Assembly (NCBI GenBank): GCA_018992685.1 | Contig: JACVGT010000003.1 | Location: 64,001 to 128,000 of the forward strand | Direction of reading: 5' to 3' | DNA from: Theionarchaea archaeon | GTDB lineage: Archaea > Methanobacteriota_B > Thermococci > Methanofastidiosales > SZ-28-30 | Length of the DNA: 64,000 nucleotides | In this document: positions 30,685 to 40,841 of the stretch, piece after piece | Layout of the letters: every line of letters begins with the position of its first letter | How positions within the stretch are numbered: the stretch's first letter is position 1 | Program-made: the position numbers and the translations under genes | Notes under the pieces: model-generated | What the model saw: only the letters and a program-made list of their open reading frames with translations | Databases searched by the model: none | What the model was told of the DNA's origin: nothing

Positions 30685-31908
30685 GTGTCTGAATTCGAAG
30701 AGGCGCTTGTTGAAGCTTCCCGAACCCTGCAGGATAATCAACCTTTTCAGGTCGTCACACACGGAGATGTGGATGGAGTAGCTGCGGGCGCTCTTGCTGT
30801 ATCTGCGTTTGATTGCAGAGTGATTATTCAGAAGCGACTGGCTCTGCAGAACCTGGATTCTTCCCAGTTCACGCTGTTTCTGGATATGGGAAGCTCTCAA
30901 TCCCGAGAGATTGAAGAGAGGCTCTCACAGTACCTGATCATTGATCATCACCCTTCACCAGATTATGGTCCCCGGACTGTCAATCCATGGAAATACGGCA
31001 TTGATGGAACCCGTGAACTGTGTGCTGCATCCACCTTCTATCTCGTGATAAAGAGGTTGGGCGATGAATTCAAAAGACTGAGCTATCTCGGTCTGGTGGG
31101 TGCACTGGGTGACAGACAGAGTGTGGAACCCAGGAATGCTGAACTCTGGAAAGACGCAGTGGAGGCAGGAGTGCTCCACGGAACGGTCCTGTTCAATGCA
31201 TATGAGCTCTCAGAGTTCGTGCAGGTAGTCAATGCGTGCTGCAGAAACAGCAAGAAAGAACTGGGGATGGATGTATGTCTGCTCAGAAACTATCAACAGG
31301 GAAAGAGAGAGCTGGAAACATATAATCGTGTTTTTGAAAGAGATTTGCAGCACCTCACCGATAAATGGGAAATGATAATCAGAGAGAATGAAGGAAGAAT
31401 CTCTCTCTACATATACGATGATGCTATCACCAGAAAGTATGCTGGGGAACTGGCCACAAGACTGGCCCGGTCCTATGAAAGACCAGTGATCATCTTGGCC
31501 CATGATGGAGAAGGAATCAAGATCTCAGGGAGAGCCACTTCCGCACTTGTTAGAAAAGGTGTGCACCTGGGAAATGCATTTCAGGGATTCGGGGGTGGGC
31601 ATGATGTGGCAGCGGGTGCTTTTCTTGAGGATGAAGACATGATAGAAACATTTATACAGGTCACTGACCAAAGGCTTCATCGCATGATTGCTCCTGTCAG
31701 AGTAGAGCTTGATATTCCGGTCAAGGACGCTTCTCAGGTAATGAAAGCTTTGGCCGTCGATAACAAGGGATATGACACTGTTGACATTGTGGCAAAAGGA
31801 GATCACATCCTGGTGACTGCTTGGGGCCAGCCGGGAACAGTGAAGAATACTATCGATGATATTCTGGCCTGCGTCATATCTGCGTTGAGCATGATGGAGG
31901 GAGAGTAA
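30685..31908 (+). CDS. RecJ-like DHH/DHHA1 phosphoesterase fused to a C-terminal KEOPS Pcc1-like domain
   Basis: Motifs HGDVDG, LDMGS, IDHH, GALGD and GGGHDVAAGA. The last ~74 aa resemble Pcc1. Confidence 0.8.
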   Translation: MSEFEEALVEASRTLQDNQPFQVVTHGDVDGVAAGALAVSAFDCRVIIQKRLALQNLDSSQFTLFLDMGSSQSREIEERLSQYLIIDHHPSPDYGPRTVNPWKYGIDGTRELCAASTFYLVIKRLGDEFKRLSYLGLVGALGDRQSVEPRNAELWKDAVEAGVLHGTVLFNAYELSEFVQVVNACCRNSKKELGMDVCLLRNYQQGKRELETYNRVFERDLQHLTDKWEMIIRENEGRISLYIYDDAITRKYAGELATRLARSYERPVIILAHDGEGIKISGRATSALVRKGVHLGNAFQGFGGGHDVAAGAFLEDEDMIETFIQVTDQRLHRMIAPVRVELDIPVKDASQVMKALAVDNKGYDTVDIVAKGDHILVTAWGQPGTVKNTIDDILACVISALSMMEGE

Positions 31909-33185
31909 TGCTTGATATCAATTTGATAAGGGAATCACCGGAAATAGTGAAAGAATCCATGAGAAGACGTCAAATGGATACCGCTGTGGTAGATGAGGTT
32001 AGGACTCTGGATGAACAGTGGAGAGACGTCCTCACTGAAGGAAACAGGCTGCGGCACAGGAAGAACATTCTTGCAGATGAAATCAAAGAGTTGAGAAAGC
32101 AGGGAATGGATATTTCTGAGAAGATAGAAGAATCAAAAGCACTTCCACAGAAAATCCGTGATCTGGAAGAAAAAGAGAGGAATCTCAGATCACAAATTCA
32201 GCAGTCGATGTTGCAGATACCAAATCTGCTTCATGAATCCGTTCCGTACGGGTTGGACGACACTGAAAATGAAGAAGTGAAACGCTGGGGAACATTGCGG
32301 GAATATGATTTTGAACTGAAAAGTCATGTAGACGTCATGGAAGCACTGGGTTTACTCGATACGGAACGAGCAGGCAAGGTAGCAGGATCACGGTTCTTCT
32401 ACCTGAAAAATGAGGCAGTTCTCCTGGACATGGCGCTGATTCATGTTGCTCTCCAGCATATGAGATCAAAAGGGTTCAACCTCATGGAAACTCCTTACAT
32501 GCTCAACAGGAAATCAGTTGAGGGCTGTGTGGATATGAGTGCTTTTGAAGATGTTTTGTATAAGATTGAGGGTGAAGATTTGTATTTGACCGCCACGTCA
32601 GAACATACGTTGGCTGCCTATCATATGGATGAGATTCTTGAAGAAGAAGTGTTGCCTCTGAGATACGCAGGGTTCTCAGCATGCTTCAGAAGGGAAGCCG
32701 GGCCCCATGGAAAGGACACGAAGGGGGTGTTCAGAGCCCACCAGTTCAATAAAGTTGAACAGTTTGTATTCTGCACACCACAGCAATCATGGGATGAGCA
32801 CGAGAAGCTTGTCCAGAATGCAGAAGAAATCTTCCAGAAACTGGAACTGCCGTACCGGGTGGTCAATGTGTGCACAGGGGACCTTGGGGGAGTTGCAGCT
32901 AAGAAATATGATATTGAAGCGTGGATGCCAAAACAGGAAACATTCAGAGAGGTCGTATCCTGCAGTAACTGTACTGATTATCAGGCAAGGGAGCTCAATG
33001 TGAGGTTCAGAACTCCTGAAGGGAATGAGTTTGTCCACACCCTGAACAGTACTGCTCTGGCTACATCGAGGGCCCTGGTGGCCATCTTTGAGAATTACCA
33101 GCAGGAAGATGGCTCGGTGATAGTCCCCAGCGTGCTCAGGGATCTGGTGGGCTGCGACGTACTCACGCCGCCTGAAGGAACATGA
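31908..33185 (+). CDS. serS: Serine--tRNA ligase (standard type)
   Basis: N-terminal coiled coil and motifs ATSEH, CFRREAG, HQFNKVEQF, EVVSCSNCTDYQ and HTLNST. Confidence 0.97.
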   Translation: MLDINLIRESPEIVKESMRRRQMDTAVVDEVRTLDEQWRDVLTEGNRLRHRKNILADEIKELRKQGMDISEKIEESKALPQKIRDLEEKERNLRSQIQQSMLQIPNLLHESVPYGLDDTENEEVKRWGTLREYDFELKSHVDVMEALGLLDTERAGKVAGSRFFYLKNEAVLLDMALIHVALQHMRSKGFNLMETPYMLNRKSVEGCVDMSAFEDVLYKIEGEDLYLTATSEHTLAAYHMDEILEEEVLPLRYAGFSACFRREAGPHGKDTKGVFRAHQFNKVEQFVFCTPQQSWDEHEKLVQNAEEIFQKLELPYRVVNVCTGDLGGVAAKKYDIEAWMPKQETFREVVSCSNCTDYQARELNVRFRTPEGNEFVHTLNSTALATSRALVAIFENYQQEDGSVIVPSVLRDLVGCDVLTPPEGT

Positions 33186-33535
33186 ACACATTCTATTGTG
33201 AACCAATAACTGTCACCTTTGCCAGTGAACCGCTCCTGGAAAAGAAACCCGGCCCCCCCTCAGCCTTTGTGTGGAGAGAAACTCGTTACAGCGTTACCGC
33301 AGTGCTCAAGATGTGGCACGACTACAGCGTTCGTGGAACACTCCAGTCTTTCTATAATGAGAAGAGAGGTAATGCTCCTGAGATGACTCAGCGTGAGAGA
33401 GGCTCCTGGGGAGTGGGGAGAGACTACTACCGGGTTGAGACCGACTCTGGCGAAATCTTCGACGTCTATTATGACCGAGCCCCGAGAAAGCACACAAAAG
33501 GGGAGTGGATACTGCTCAGGAAAGTGGGGCCATGA
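33182..33535 (+). CDS. DUF6504-like hypothetical protein
   Basis: Pattern 'P-AF-WR---Y-V--V---W ... YYRVET--G--FD-Y-D----W-L'. Confidence 0.7.
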   Translation: MNTFYCEPITVTFASEPLLEKKPGPPSAFVWRETRYSVTAVLKMWHDYSVRGTLQSFYNEKRGNAPEMTQRERGSWGVGRDYYRVETDSGEIFDVYYDRAPRKHTKGEWILLRKVGP

Positions 33536-33649
33536 ATTCTGAAGTCTTCTCAAGGTCATGTGGGGAACACGCTCGGAAAGGCCTGGACTCAATGAAAACA
33601 TTTATTAACCCCAGATCAATCACAGGGACAGTAGCATGAGGTTGTAACA

Positions 33650-33871
33650 ATGAACGACATAGAGTGGGAAAATATATTTCAGGATGAAGAGACTCTCCTC
33701 AAGGTGTCAGCCCTCTCTTACTTGGGACTAGCCCTGTACTTGTCTTTGAGGAAGAAATCACCTCCCAGGAAGGTGCAACCTCCTCCAGAAGAGCGACCCA
33801 AGAAGAGACCCCTTACTCTGAGTGAAATGATTGCAAAGATGATTGAAGAAACATATGGGGTTCAGAAATAG
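33650..33871 (+). CDS. Small single-TM hypothetical protein
   Basis: 73 aa, SD GAGG, upstream TATA, one hydrophobic helix followed by basic residues. Confidence 0.6.
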   Translation: MNDIEWENIFQDEETLLKVSALSYLGLALYLSLRKKSPPRKVQPPPEERPKKRPLTLSEMIAKMIEETYGVQK

Positions 33872-34129
33872 GCTCCTTGTCAGATAGAAGCTTTCTTCAG
33901 AGTACCGTATCACCGATCTCTTGCCCCGGGGCTGCCACCGCCATTGCCTATATTATATGTGATTTTTCTACAAATACACTCTTGAAAGTACGTCATTAAT
34001 CATACCCTGTTGATATCGCTGCACAATCTTTATATGTCCCGATGCTATGAGCGCCATGAGCGAGAGGCAGGTATTGCAGGAGACCTGTTCTCCTCGAATC
34101 AATGCCGAGAAGGCTAAGGAGTATGAGAA

Positions 34130-35122
34130 ATGAGCAAAGTACGTTCCATAATCTTGCTGCTCGTGGGAGTCAGTATCCTCTTCCTGATGGTGCATCTTGC
34201 GGGAGCTGCTGACGTTGCAGATGTTCTGAGAAAGGCAGATGTCTCCTTTTTCGCACTGGCGTTACTGTGCGAAGGACTAGCGATTCTTCTGTGGGCATTT
34301 CGATGGAGAATCCTCCTGAGTCCCTTCAAGTCGGTGTCTCTGAGGAACACAGCCAAAGGGATCCTCATTGGAGTGTTTTTCAACAACATAACTCCCGTAG
34401 CCAGAGCGGGTGGAGAACCTTTCAGAGCATACTACATGGAGAAAAAAGAAGGTGTTCCCCTTGAGGATGCTTTTGCCACAGTGACTATTGATCGTATTCT
34501 GGACAGCGTTCCTTTCATGGTTATCATCACCGCCTCTCTTGCCTACTTTGTGATTCTTCTGGACATCAGTCTCAGAATAACTATAATTTTGTGTGTGGCC
34601 CTGTTCCTTAATTTAATGTTACTATCAGTGGTTCTGTACTTTTCTTTCAATTTGAAGGCAGCCAAGAAATTGATGTTTTCTATATTGCGATTTGTGGCCC
34701 ATTTCTCTAATAGACTGGAGAAGTATGAGAGCAGGATTGAGGCTGCAGTGGAACAATACCATGAAGCGGTGAGGACGCTTTCTTCACAGGGCGGGGATTT
34801 GATGAAATCTCTTTCGATATCATTTGGGTTTTGGCTTCTCATGATCTTGAGAAACTACATGATCGTTTTGGCCCTTGGTTATAAGATTAATTTCATGGTT
34901 ATCATGGTTATACAAGCCATGAGTATTCTTGTCGGGATTGTTCCCTTCCTTCCAGGAGGATTGGGGTCTATTGATGGAATTATGGTTTTCCTGTTCATGT
35001 CGTTCAAGTTCCCAGCAGCGGCTGCAGTGACTGTTTCTCTTTTGGATCGATTTGTCAGTTTCTGGATGATGATGGGTGTGGGAGCAGTTGTGGTATTTGT
35101 GGAGCGGCAGTACTTGAAATAG
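34130..35122 (+). CDS. UPF0104 / LPG-synthase TM domain flippase-like protein
   Basis: Motifs RW--LL, FFNNITP-ARAGGEP-R, DRI-D, PGGLG and LLDRFVSFW. Confidence 0.88.
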   Translation: MSKVRSIILLLVGVSILFLMVHLAGAADVADVLRKADVSFFALALLCEGLAILLWAFRWRILLSPFKSVSLRNTAKGILIGVFFNNITPVARAGGEPFRAYYMEKKEGVPLEDAFATVTIDRILDSVPFMVIITASLAYFVILLDISLRITIILCVALFLNLMLLSVVLYFSFNLKAAKKLMFSILRFVAHFSNRLEKYESRIEAAVEQYHEAVRTLSSQGGDLMKSLSISFGFWLLMILRNYMIVLALGYKINFMVIMVIQAMSILVGIVPFLPGGLGSIDGIMVFLFMSFKFPAAAAVTVSLLDRFVSFWMMMGVGAVVVFVERQYLK

Positions 35123-35203
35123 CGAACTGAAAGGTATCATCTTGAGTGGCAGAAGAGTGCTGGAACGACTATTGCATCAGTGTTATGTAGGGTTGGACAG
35201 CTC

Positions 35204-36178
35204 TCAACCTCTTTGAGATGATTTTTCCCTCTTTTCAGATTCTGGATTGCTCTCTCCTGAGAACGTCACATTGAGATGATCCACTTCCCCGAGTCTTTTC
35301 AAGACTCGCAATGCTCTCAATGTAATCCACTTTGAGGGCTTTCCTCGCTCCCCCAACAATTCAAACTTCTTGGGATATGTTCTCTCAAGAATCCACCTGC
35401 CTTCAGCCTGCTTTGATCGTACGAGGGTCACAGACTCATCCATTCTCTCGTCTCTTACACCCAGTTCTGTAAGAACGTCAAGTACATCCAGAACATCAGA
35501 TTGCCAGAACAGTGGAAAGGCAAACCGCGTCCAGGAAGGTTTCTTGGTTCTCTCCCCCTGAGCATCTCTTCGATACCAGTATATTCGATTCTCAAGATAC
35601 AGTTCAGCATTGCGCTCGATGACCTCTCTTACCTGTCTTGTGACCAGTGTAGATGGGAGCTTGGCAAGGGCAGAAAGAGCCTTGATACCCCCCATATAAC
35701 ATGCTGTTGGAATCACCTTGTCTTTCTCCAGAGGATACCACGCACAGGACCAGTCTTCCCCGGCACCAATGAGAAAATCAAGGGCTTTGTGCAGTCGTGA
35801 ATCTGCTTCGTATCCGAACAAGAGAAGAAATTTCATGATTATTCCAGTGAGGCAGAATTCATCTGTCAACCATTCCTTTTTCTTCCTGCTGGCAGCAGAG
35901 CTGAAGGATCCATCTTCCAATTGAAAGCTGAAGACGAATTCCAGCGCTTTCTCGATGCGTGGATCTCTCTCAAATCCCAGTTCAGACAGCAGCAATAGCT
36001 GGAACACGCTATTCTTATAGCCCCAGAGTCGTCGTGGATTTCCCCACGATCCCTGTTCATCTTGCAAGGAAAGGATCTTCATGACTGCTTCCTGACGGGT
36101 GATCAGCTGCCGCGATCTCTGAACTCTTGGATCGTGTTCTGGGATATCCAGTAGGTCCCTCAAGGTCCAATATTGCAC
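35204..36178 (-). CDS. Prenyltransferase/squalene-cyclase-repeat (alpha/alpha toroid) protein, possibly frameshifted at its 5' end
   Basis: QW-like repeats (QDEQGSW, QLEDGSF, QAEGRW), F-FP-FW--D-L and PSKWITLRAL. Confidence 0.75.
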   Translation of the reverse strand: MQYWTLRDLLDIPEHDPRVQRSRQLITRQEAVMKILSLQDEQGSWGNPRRLWGYKNSVFQLLLLSELGFERDPRIEKALEFVFSFQLEDGSFSSAASRKKKEWLTDEFCLTGIIMKFLLLFGYEADSRLHKALDFLIGAGEDWSCAWYPLEKDKVIPTACYMGGIKALSALAKLPSTLVTRQVREVIERNAELYLENRIYWYRRDAQGERTKKPSWTRFAFPLFWQSDVLDVLDVLTELGVRDERMDESVTLVRSKQAEGRWILERTYPKKFELLGERGKPSKWITLRALRVLKRLGEVDHLNVTFSGESNPESEKREKSSQRG

Positions 36179-36393
36179 AGCTGGATTTGAATCAGAGAGG
36201 AGCAGTCACATTCATACAATTATTCCAGCTACCGCCTTTAAATAGCTTCTTCCGTCATCCGTCATCACGAGAATCTCTTGTATATCTGATGACGTGTGTT
36301 CCTGCCACGAATTGATCCTCCAGATGCCTGCACAGCAGTCATATCACGAGTATCAATCCATAGGTTTTTATTTCTCCTCGAGATGGTAAAGAA

Positions 36394-36921
36394 ATGCAGC
36401 ATGAAATTTCGGGAGAGCTGTTCCAGTGGATCAGAATTGACATTTCCTCAGAAAGCGTGTGGGGAAACCGCCATTACCTCCTGTGTAAGAGTGAGGAAAT
36501 CCAGAACAGGGGGGAGAATGTTTTCTTTGGGACTGGATGGATCGTCTTCGCAGGGAACGGAAAAATCAAAGAGTTCTACCTCCATGCTGCAGACAGCTTG
36601 ATCTTCAATAGCGCCAGCCTTTTAGCGTCAGATGTCACTGCAAACCAGACATCTTTATCCACTTCTTATCTGTCACTGGTAAAAGTCTCTGGCCCAGGAG
36701 TGGTATTTGCACACGGCAAAGACTTTGCAGAATTCTATCTTGAGGAATCTGAATTCATCGAAGCCAGGACAGATTGTATTGCCGCCATGGATGACAGTGT
36801 CACTTTTGAACTGGGAGCCAAAACCTCAGTGCTATCGGGGCCAGGAGCTGTTCTGCTGGATTGTGGATTCTCTGAGAAGGAGGAGGAATCAAAACCCTAC
36901 ACTTTTTTTGATCAAGTATGA
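36394..36921 (+). CDS. AIM24-family protein (divergent)
   Basis: Motifs M-HEI-G, VKVSGPG-VF-HG, AAMD-SV and LSGPG-V. Confidence 0.7.
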   Translation: MQHEISGELFQWIRIDISSESVWGNRHYLLCKSEEIQNRGENVFFGTGWIVFAGNGKIKEFYLHAADSLIFNSASLLASDVTANQTSLSTSYLSLVKVSGPGVVFAHGKDFAEFYLEESEFIEARTDCIAAMDDSVTFELGAKTSVLSGPGAVLLDCGFSEKEEESKPYTFFDQV

Positions 36922-37850
36922 TTCAGAAGCTGGCAAAGACATATGGATATAGACAGGAGATTCTTGAAAGGTACTGTGAACTCTTTGGCGATGATATCGA
37001 ACTGTTCCTGAAGGCGAACGAGGCAGAGCCTCGGACATACATCAGAAGCAATTCGCTGAAGATTTCATCTTCTGAGCTGGAACAACGGTTATTGAAAAGG
37101 GGAGTGCAGTTGCGAGAGGTTGAACATGGGTTTCTCATTGAAAGATCCCCTTTTTCAGCAAGCTCCACTCCGGAATATTTGTTGGGATACTTTTATATCC
37201 AGGGGATTGCAGAAATGCAGATTGCACCTTTGTTACATCCCGAAGATGTGGTTATTGATATGTGCGCAGCACCGGGCGGAAAGACAACCCATTTAGCACA
37301 ATTAATGAGGAACGAGGGAGTCATATTAGCCCTGGATGTGAATGAGGAAAAAATAAAAGCGTTGAAGGCCAACATTCAGAGGATGGGAGTTACAAATACC
37401 ATCGTGTATGCTGTGAGTGCTCTTGATTTTTCCTACACGTGTTCCCGGATCTTGCTGGACGCTCCCTGTACAGGGTCGGGCATAATCAGAAAAGATCCCA
37501 CCCGAAAGTATTCACGGGGTTCCACAGATATTGCCTTTTGTTCGAGGCTGCAGAGGGATTTGCTCAGAAAGGGTGTGGAATCCCTGGTTCCTGGTGGCAT
37601 CCTGCTCTATTCAACCTGCAGTCTGGAACCAGAAGAGAACGAGATGGTCATTGATTGGTCACTGAGAGAACTTCCCGTCGTTGTGGAACCTCTTGAATTT
37701 ACCGTCAATGGGGTTTCTGCGGCAGAAGGCATCACCAGCCCCTTTGGCATGGTCCTTCACAGAGACATCAGGAAATGCAGGAGAATCTTCCCTCATGTTC
37801 ATGACAGTAACGGGATGTTTGTGGCACGGCTGAGAAAGTGTCATGACTGA
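36918..37850 (+). CDS. NOL1/NOP2/Sun family RNA m5C methyltransferase
   Basis: Motifs DMCAAPGGKT, ILLDAPCTG-G and YSTCSL-PEENE. Confidence 0.95.
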   Translation: MIQKLAKTYGYRQEILERYCELFGDDIELFLKANEAEPRTYIRSNSLKISSSELEQRLLKRGVQLREVEHGFLIERSPFSASSTPEYLLGYFYIQGIAEMQIAPLLHPEDVVIDMCAAPGGKTTHLAQLMRNEGVILALDVNEEKIKALKANIQRMGVTNTIVYAVSALDFSYTCSRILLDAPCTGSGIIRKDPTRKYSRGSTDIAFCSRLQRDLLRKGVESLVPGGILLYSTCSLEPEENEMVIDWSLRELPVVVEPLEFTVNGVSAAEGITSPFGMVLHRDIRKCRRIFPHVHDSNGMFVARLRKCHD

Positions 37851-37925
37851 AGGTAAAAAGGTGGGAGGGCCGATTTCTCATTCAGGCGGGGAATGATTTT
37901 TAAACAGTGACTGCATCACCTTTCC

Positions 37926-38273
37926 ATGTATGAAGCAGGTCTCACCTATGCTCTGGTGGCTGGATTTACAGCTACGGTACTCATGTTGTACGCTGTGGAG
38001 AAGAGAGATGACCGTCTCTTTGTGTTTTCCCTGATGTTCCTGATCATTTCATGGAGTGGTATTGAATGGGCTCTGTGGCTGGAGGGGTGGAACTTGTTTG
38101 AGATGGTATTCACACCCATTGTTCCTTTGGCCAGCTTCTTTGTGGGTTGGACCCTCTTTGTGATATATGTAGCAGAGAAGTATTTCAAGAGGCGATACTG
38201 GATTACTTTCTTGATAGTTCTGGGATTCTTCACCTGGGTGTCCACATTCTGCATGAACTGTCTTGCTGATTAA
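37926..38273 (+). CDS. Small 4-TM hypothetical membrane protein
   Basis: 115-aa hydrophobic ORF with a leaderless start ~30 nt after TTTTTAAA. Ends in CMNC. Confidence 0.7.
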   Translation: MYEAGLTYALVAGFTATVLMLYAVEKRDDRLFVFSLMFLIISWSGIEWALWLEGWNLFEMVFTPIVPLASFFVGWTLFVIYVAEKYFKRRYWITFLIVLGFFTWVSTFCMNCLAD

Positions 38274-38300
38274 GTGCATTCCTGTTCTTGAATTGTTGCT

Positions 38301-38912
38301 TCAGAAGATCTTACTGATTTCTGATGCAATTGCTTCTTTCACATTGGGCAGCTCTCTGTTTGCGTCAATTTCAATCCATTTTTTCCCCAGAAAAGACTCC
38401 TGGCACAACCTGTCATACACGTGAACGACCTTCCCAAGGAAGGCAGTGTCAGCTTCGTGCCTGTCAAGTTCATCTTTCTGTCTTTTCTTCCGTATTCTTC
38501 CAATATTTGGAGGGACTCTCAAGTAGAACACGATATCTGGAAGTACAACTTCCAGGAGTCTGACGATGGTTTTGGCCTTTTCATAGTCGAGCCCATGGGC
38601 ACACTGAAAAGCAATTGTTGATGTAATGTATCGGTCAGCCAATACAACTTTACCTGACTTCAGGTGTCCCCTGATATCTGATTGATCCTTTAGTATGTCT
38701 GCAGCGTACGTTAGAAATTGTACAGAAGGAGAGAGATGTTTCTCCCCCAGAAGGAACTCCTCAATGACTCTCCCCCACGGACTTTCATAATCGGGGTAGT
38801 GGTAGGTTTCTGTCAGGATGCCTCTGGATTCTAATAGTTCATGGGCGTAAGTACACACGGTTTGTTTTCCTGATCCATCTATACCTTCAAAGGCCAGAAA
38901 GGTTCTACTCAT
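38301..38912 (-). CDS. tmk: Thymidylate kinase
   Basis: Motifs FEGIDGSGK, ADRY--S--AFQ and PD-VFYL. Confidence 0.93.
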   Translation of the reverse strand: MSRTFLAFEGIDGSGKQTVCTYAHELLESRGILTETYHYPDYESPWGRVIEEFLLGEKHLSPSVQFLTYAADILKDQSDIRGHLKSGKVVLADRYITSTIAFQCAHGLDYEKAKTIVRLLEVVLPDIVFYLRVPPNIGRIRKKRQKDELDRHEADTAFLGKVVHVYDRLCQESFLGKKWIEIDANRELPNVKEAIASEISKIF

Positions 38913-39077
38913 GGTGCAGATATTGTCTGAGCATAAAAAGGATTTCCTTTGACGAGAGTTCCCATCAGATATGTTGGGACCTCAGTAATCATGAAAGACA
39001 CTCATAGAGAGGCACATGAATAGAGGGGGAGGACCTGACGGAGCAAATTTATAAGGGTTCCTGTACTGTAGCATCTC

Positions 39078-40817
39078 ATGAATGTCAAAGCGATTGGTTT
39101 GGTAGTATTTCTACTTATAGCGTGTTCACACTCTGTTAATTCGCAGGGATATCAGGTGATGAATGCCTTTATTGAGACAGAGAGTGGAAAGCGCACAGTA
39201 GAAATCCGGTTTACCCCTGGAAATCAGGAGTGGGCAAAAGATATTTTCAATACGGTAAGAAAAGGGTTTCCGCTTCTAGAAGAACACATTGGGGTCCCTT
39301 GTCCTGTCGACTGGGACATTAAGATCATTGAGGCCAGCAGTCTTAAACAAGGGGTTGGAGGCGTCAACAGAGGTCCTGATGGCATCGAAGTTCCTGCTGA
39401 CACATCGCCAGGAGTGATAATCCATGAACTATCCCACTACTGGTTCGGGCAGCAGCCTTCCCTCAGGTGGAGCAATTGGGTGCTGGAAGGGTTTCCCGAA
39501 GCATATTCGGTATCTGTCCTGAAAGAGTTGGGACATTCTGAGGCCTACTCCTTGTGGTATGGCAGACTGGATCAATACGAAGAAGCCAGAGCAGCTATTG
39601 GAGACCTGCCCTTGAATGAAGTGGGATACACACCTAATTTTGAAGATCCCCGGGTCAGCATGCTGTACAGCAAGGCCATGGTATTCAGCACGTGGATGAT
39701 CTTGTACTTTGGGGAAGAGACCATGCACACAATTAATCAAAGAGTTATCTTTGAGAACCCCCTCTATTCTGAGGATTACCAGGCTATTGTTGAAGAGATT
39801 ACTGGAGAGGATCTAGACTGGCTGTTTTCAGGATGGGTCTACCAGGGCGATTACTTCTATCAGAAGGAAAAGGTGTCTTTCCGGTGGTTTGCAGGTGATG
39901 GAGACAACGATGGGATCAGTACTCTGGAGGAAATAAGGGCAGGCACTTCCCCGTTGGTGGGAGATACTGACGAGGACGGACTGCCAGATGGATATGAAGC
40001 ACTGATCAAGACTGATCCAAACAGCAAGGACACAGACAATGACGGACTTGAAGACGCGGAAGAGGTCTTGGTTAACATGGATGGGAAAAACACTGAATGG
40101 GGAGAACCCGTCCTCTCCGATGGGGAAGGTGGAAGCTCTCTTTCAGAGTCTCAGGACATCAGAGGACTTTATGCTGCTGCTGATAAGAGATACCTCTACT
40201 TTATGATAGAAATGGACAGCCCTTCAACAGTGTATCACACTGGCATACGGATTGATGTGGACAATGATGAGAAGACTGATTTCATCTTCTTCAGAGTGTA
40301 CGATAACCTTTACTTGAGTATCTGGGAAGAAGGAGAGTGGGTGGAGACTATTGCAGATCCTTCTCTCCTGAAGGGAACCTTCATGGTGGTGGACACGGTA
40401 ATGGAAATCAGGATACCGCGGAGAATGAGCCAGGTCACCTTTCCTGATACCTTCTCCGTGTGGGCGTACGAGTTCTCGGTCGTGGAAGGTGAGGTTGGAG
40501 ACAAGACTTCCACAGTGACTCTTTCTGTAGATGAACTGGTGCAGGACACGAGCAGCCCATTGAATCCAGATACAGATAGAGATGGGTTGCTGGACGGTGA
40601 AGATCCTAATCCTTTGGTTCCGTCTCCAGAGATATCATCCCCCGAGACTCCCTCAGCACCTCAGGAAGAGGAAGCACCACTCGAACCTCAGCCCTCAGAA
40701 TCCCCAGTACAGACTTCAGAACCACCCACAGCAGAATCCCCTCAGGAGACACCCCTTGCAGGGTGGGCTGCGGTTGCAGGAATGATTCTTTTCTTACGCT
40801 TCTTGAGAGCACGGTAG
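39078..40817 (+). CDS. Secreted M1-like zinc metallopeptidase with Ca-binding TSP3-like repeats and C-terminal membrane anchor
   Basis: Signal peptide, HELSHYWFG...W--EG, Y-K, DxDxDG repeats, P/E/S/T linker, and a TM followed by a basic tail. Confidence 0.8.
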   Translation: MNVKAIGLVVFLLIACSHSVNSQGYQVMNAFIETESGKRTVEIRFTPGNQEWAKDIFNTVRKGFPLLEEHIGVPCPVDWDIKIIEASSLKQGVGGVNRGPDGIEVPADTSPGVIIHELSHYWFGQQPSLRWSNWVLEGFPEAYSVSVLKELGHSEAYSLWYGRLDQYEEARAAIGDLPLNEVGYTPNFEDPRVSMLYSKAMVFSTWMILYFGEETMHTINQRVIFENPLYSEDYQAIVEEITGEDLDWLFSGWVYQGDYFYQKEKVSFRWFAGDGDNDGISTLEEIRAGTSPLVGDTDEDGLPDGYEALIKTDPNSKDTDNDGLEDAEEVLVNMDGKNTEWGEPVLSDGEGGSSLSESQDIRGLYAAADKRYLYFMIEMDSPSTVYHTGIRIDVDNDEKTDFIFFRVYDNLYLSIWEEGEWVETIADPSLLKGTFMVVDTVMEIRIPRRMSQVTFPDTFSVWAYEFSVVEGEVGDKTSTVTLSVDELVQDTSSPLNPDTDRDGLLDGEDPNPLVPSPEISSPETPSAPQEEEAPLEPQPSESPVQTSEPPTAESPQETPLAGWAAVAGMILFLRFLRAR

Positions 40818-40841
40818 CAGCGTTCACACTCTGTTTTTTTA

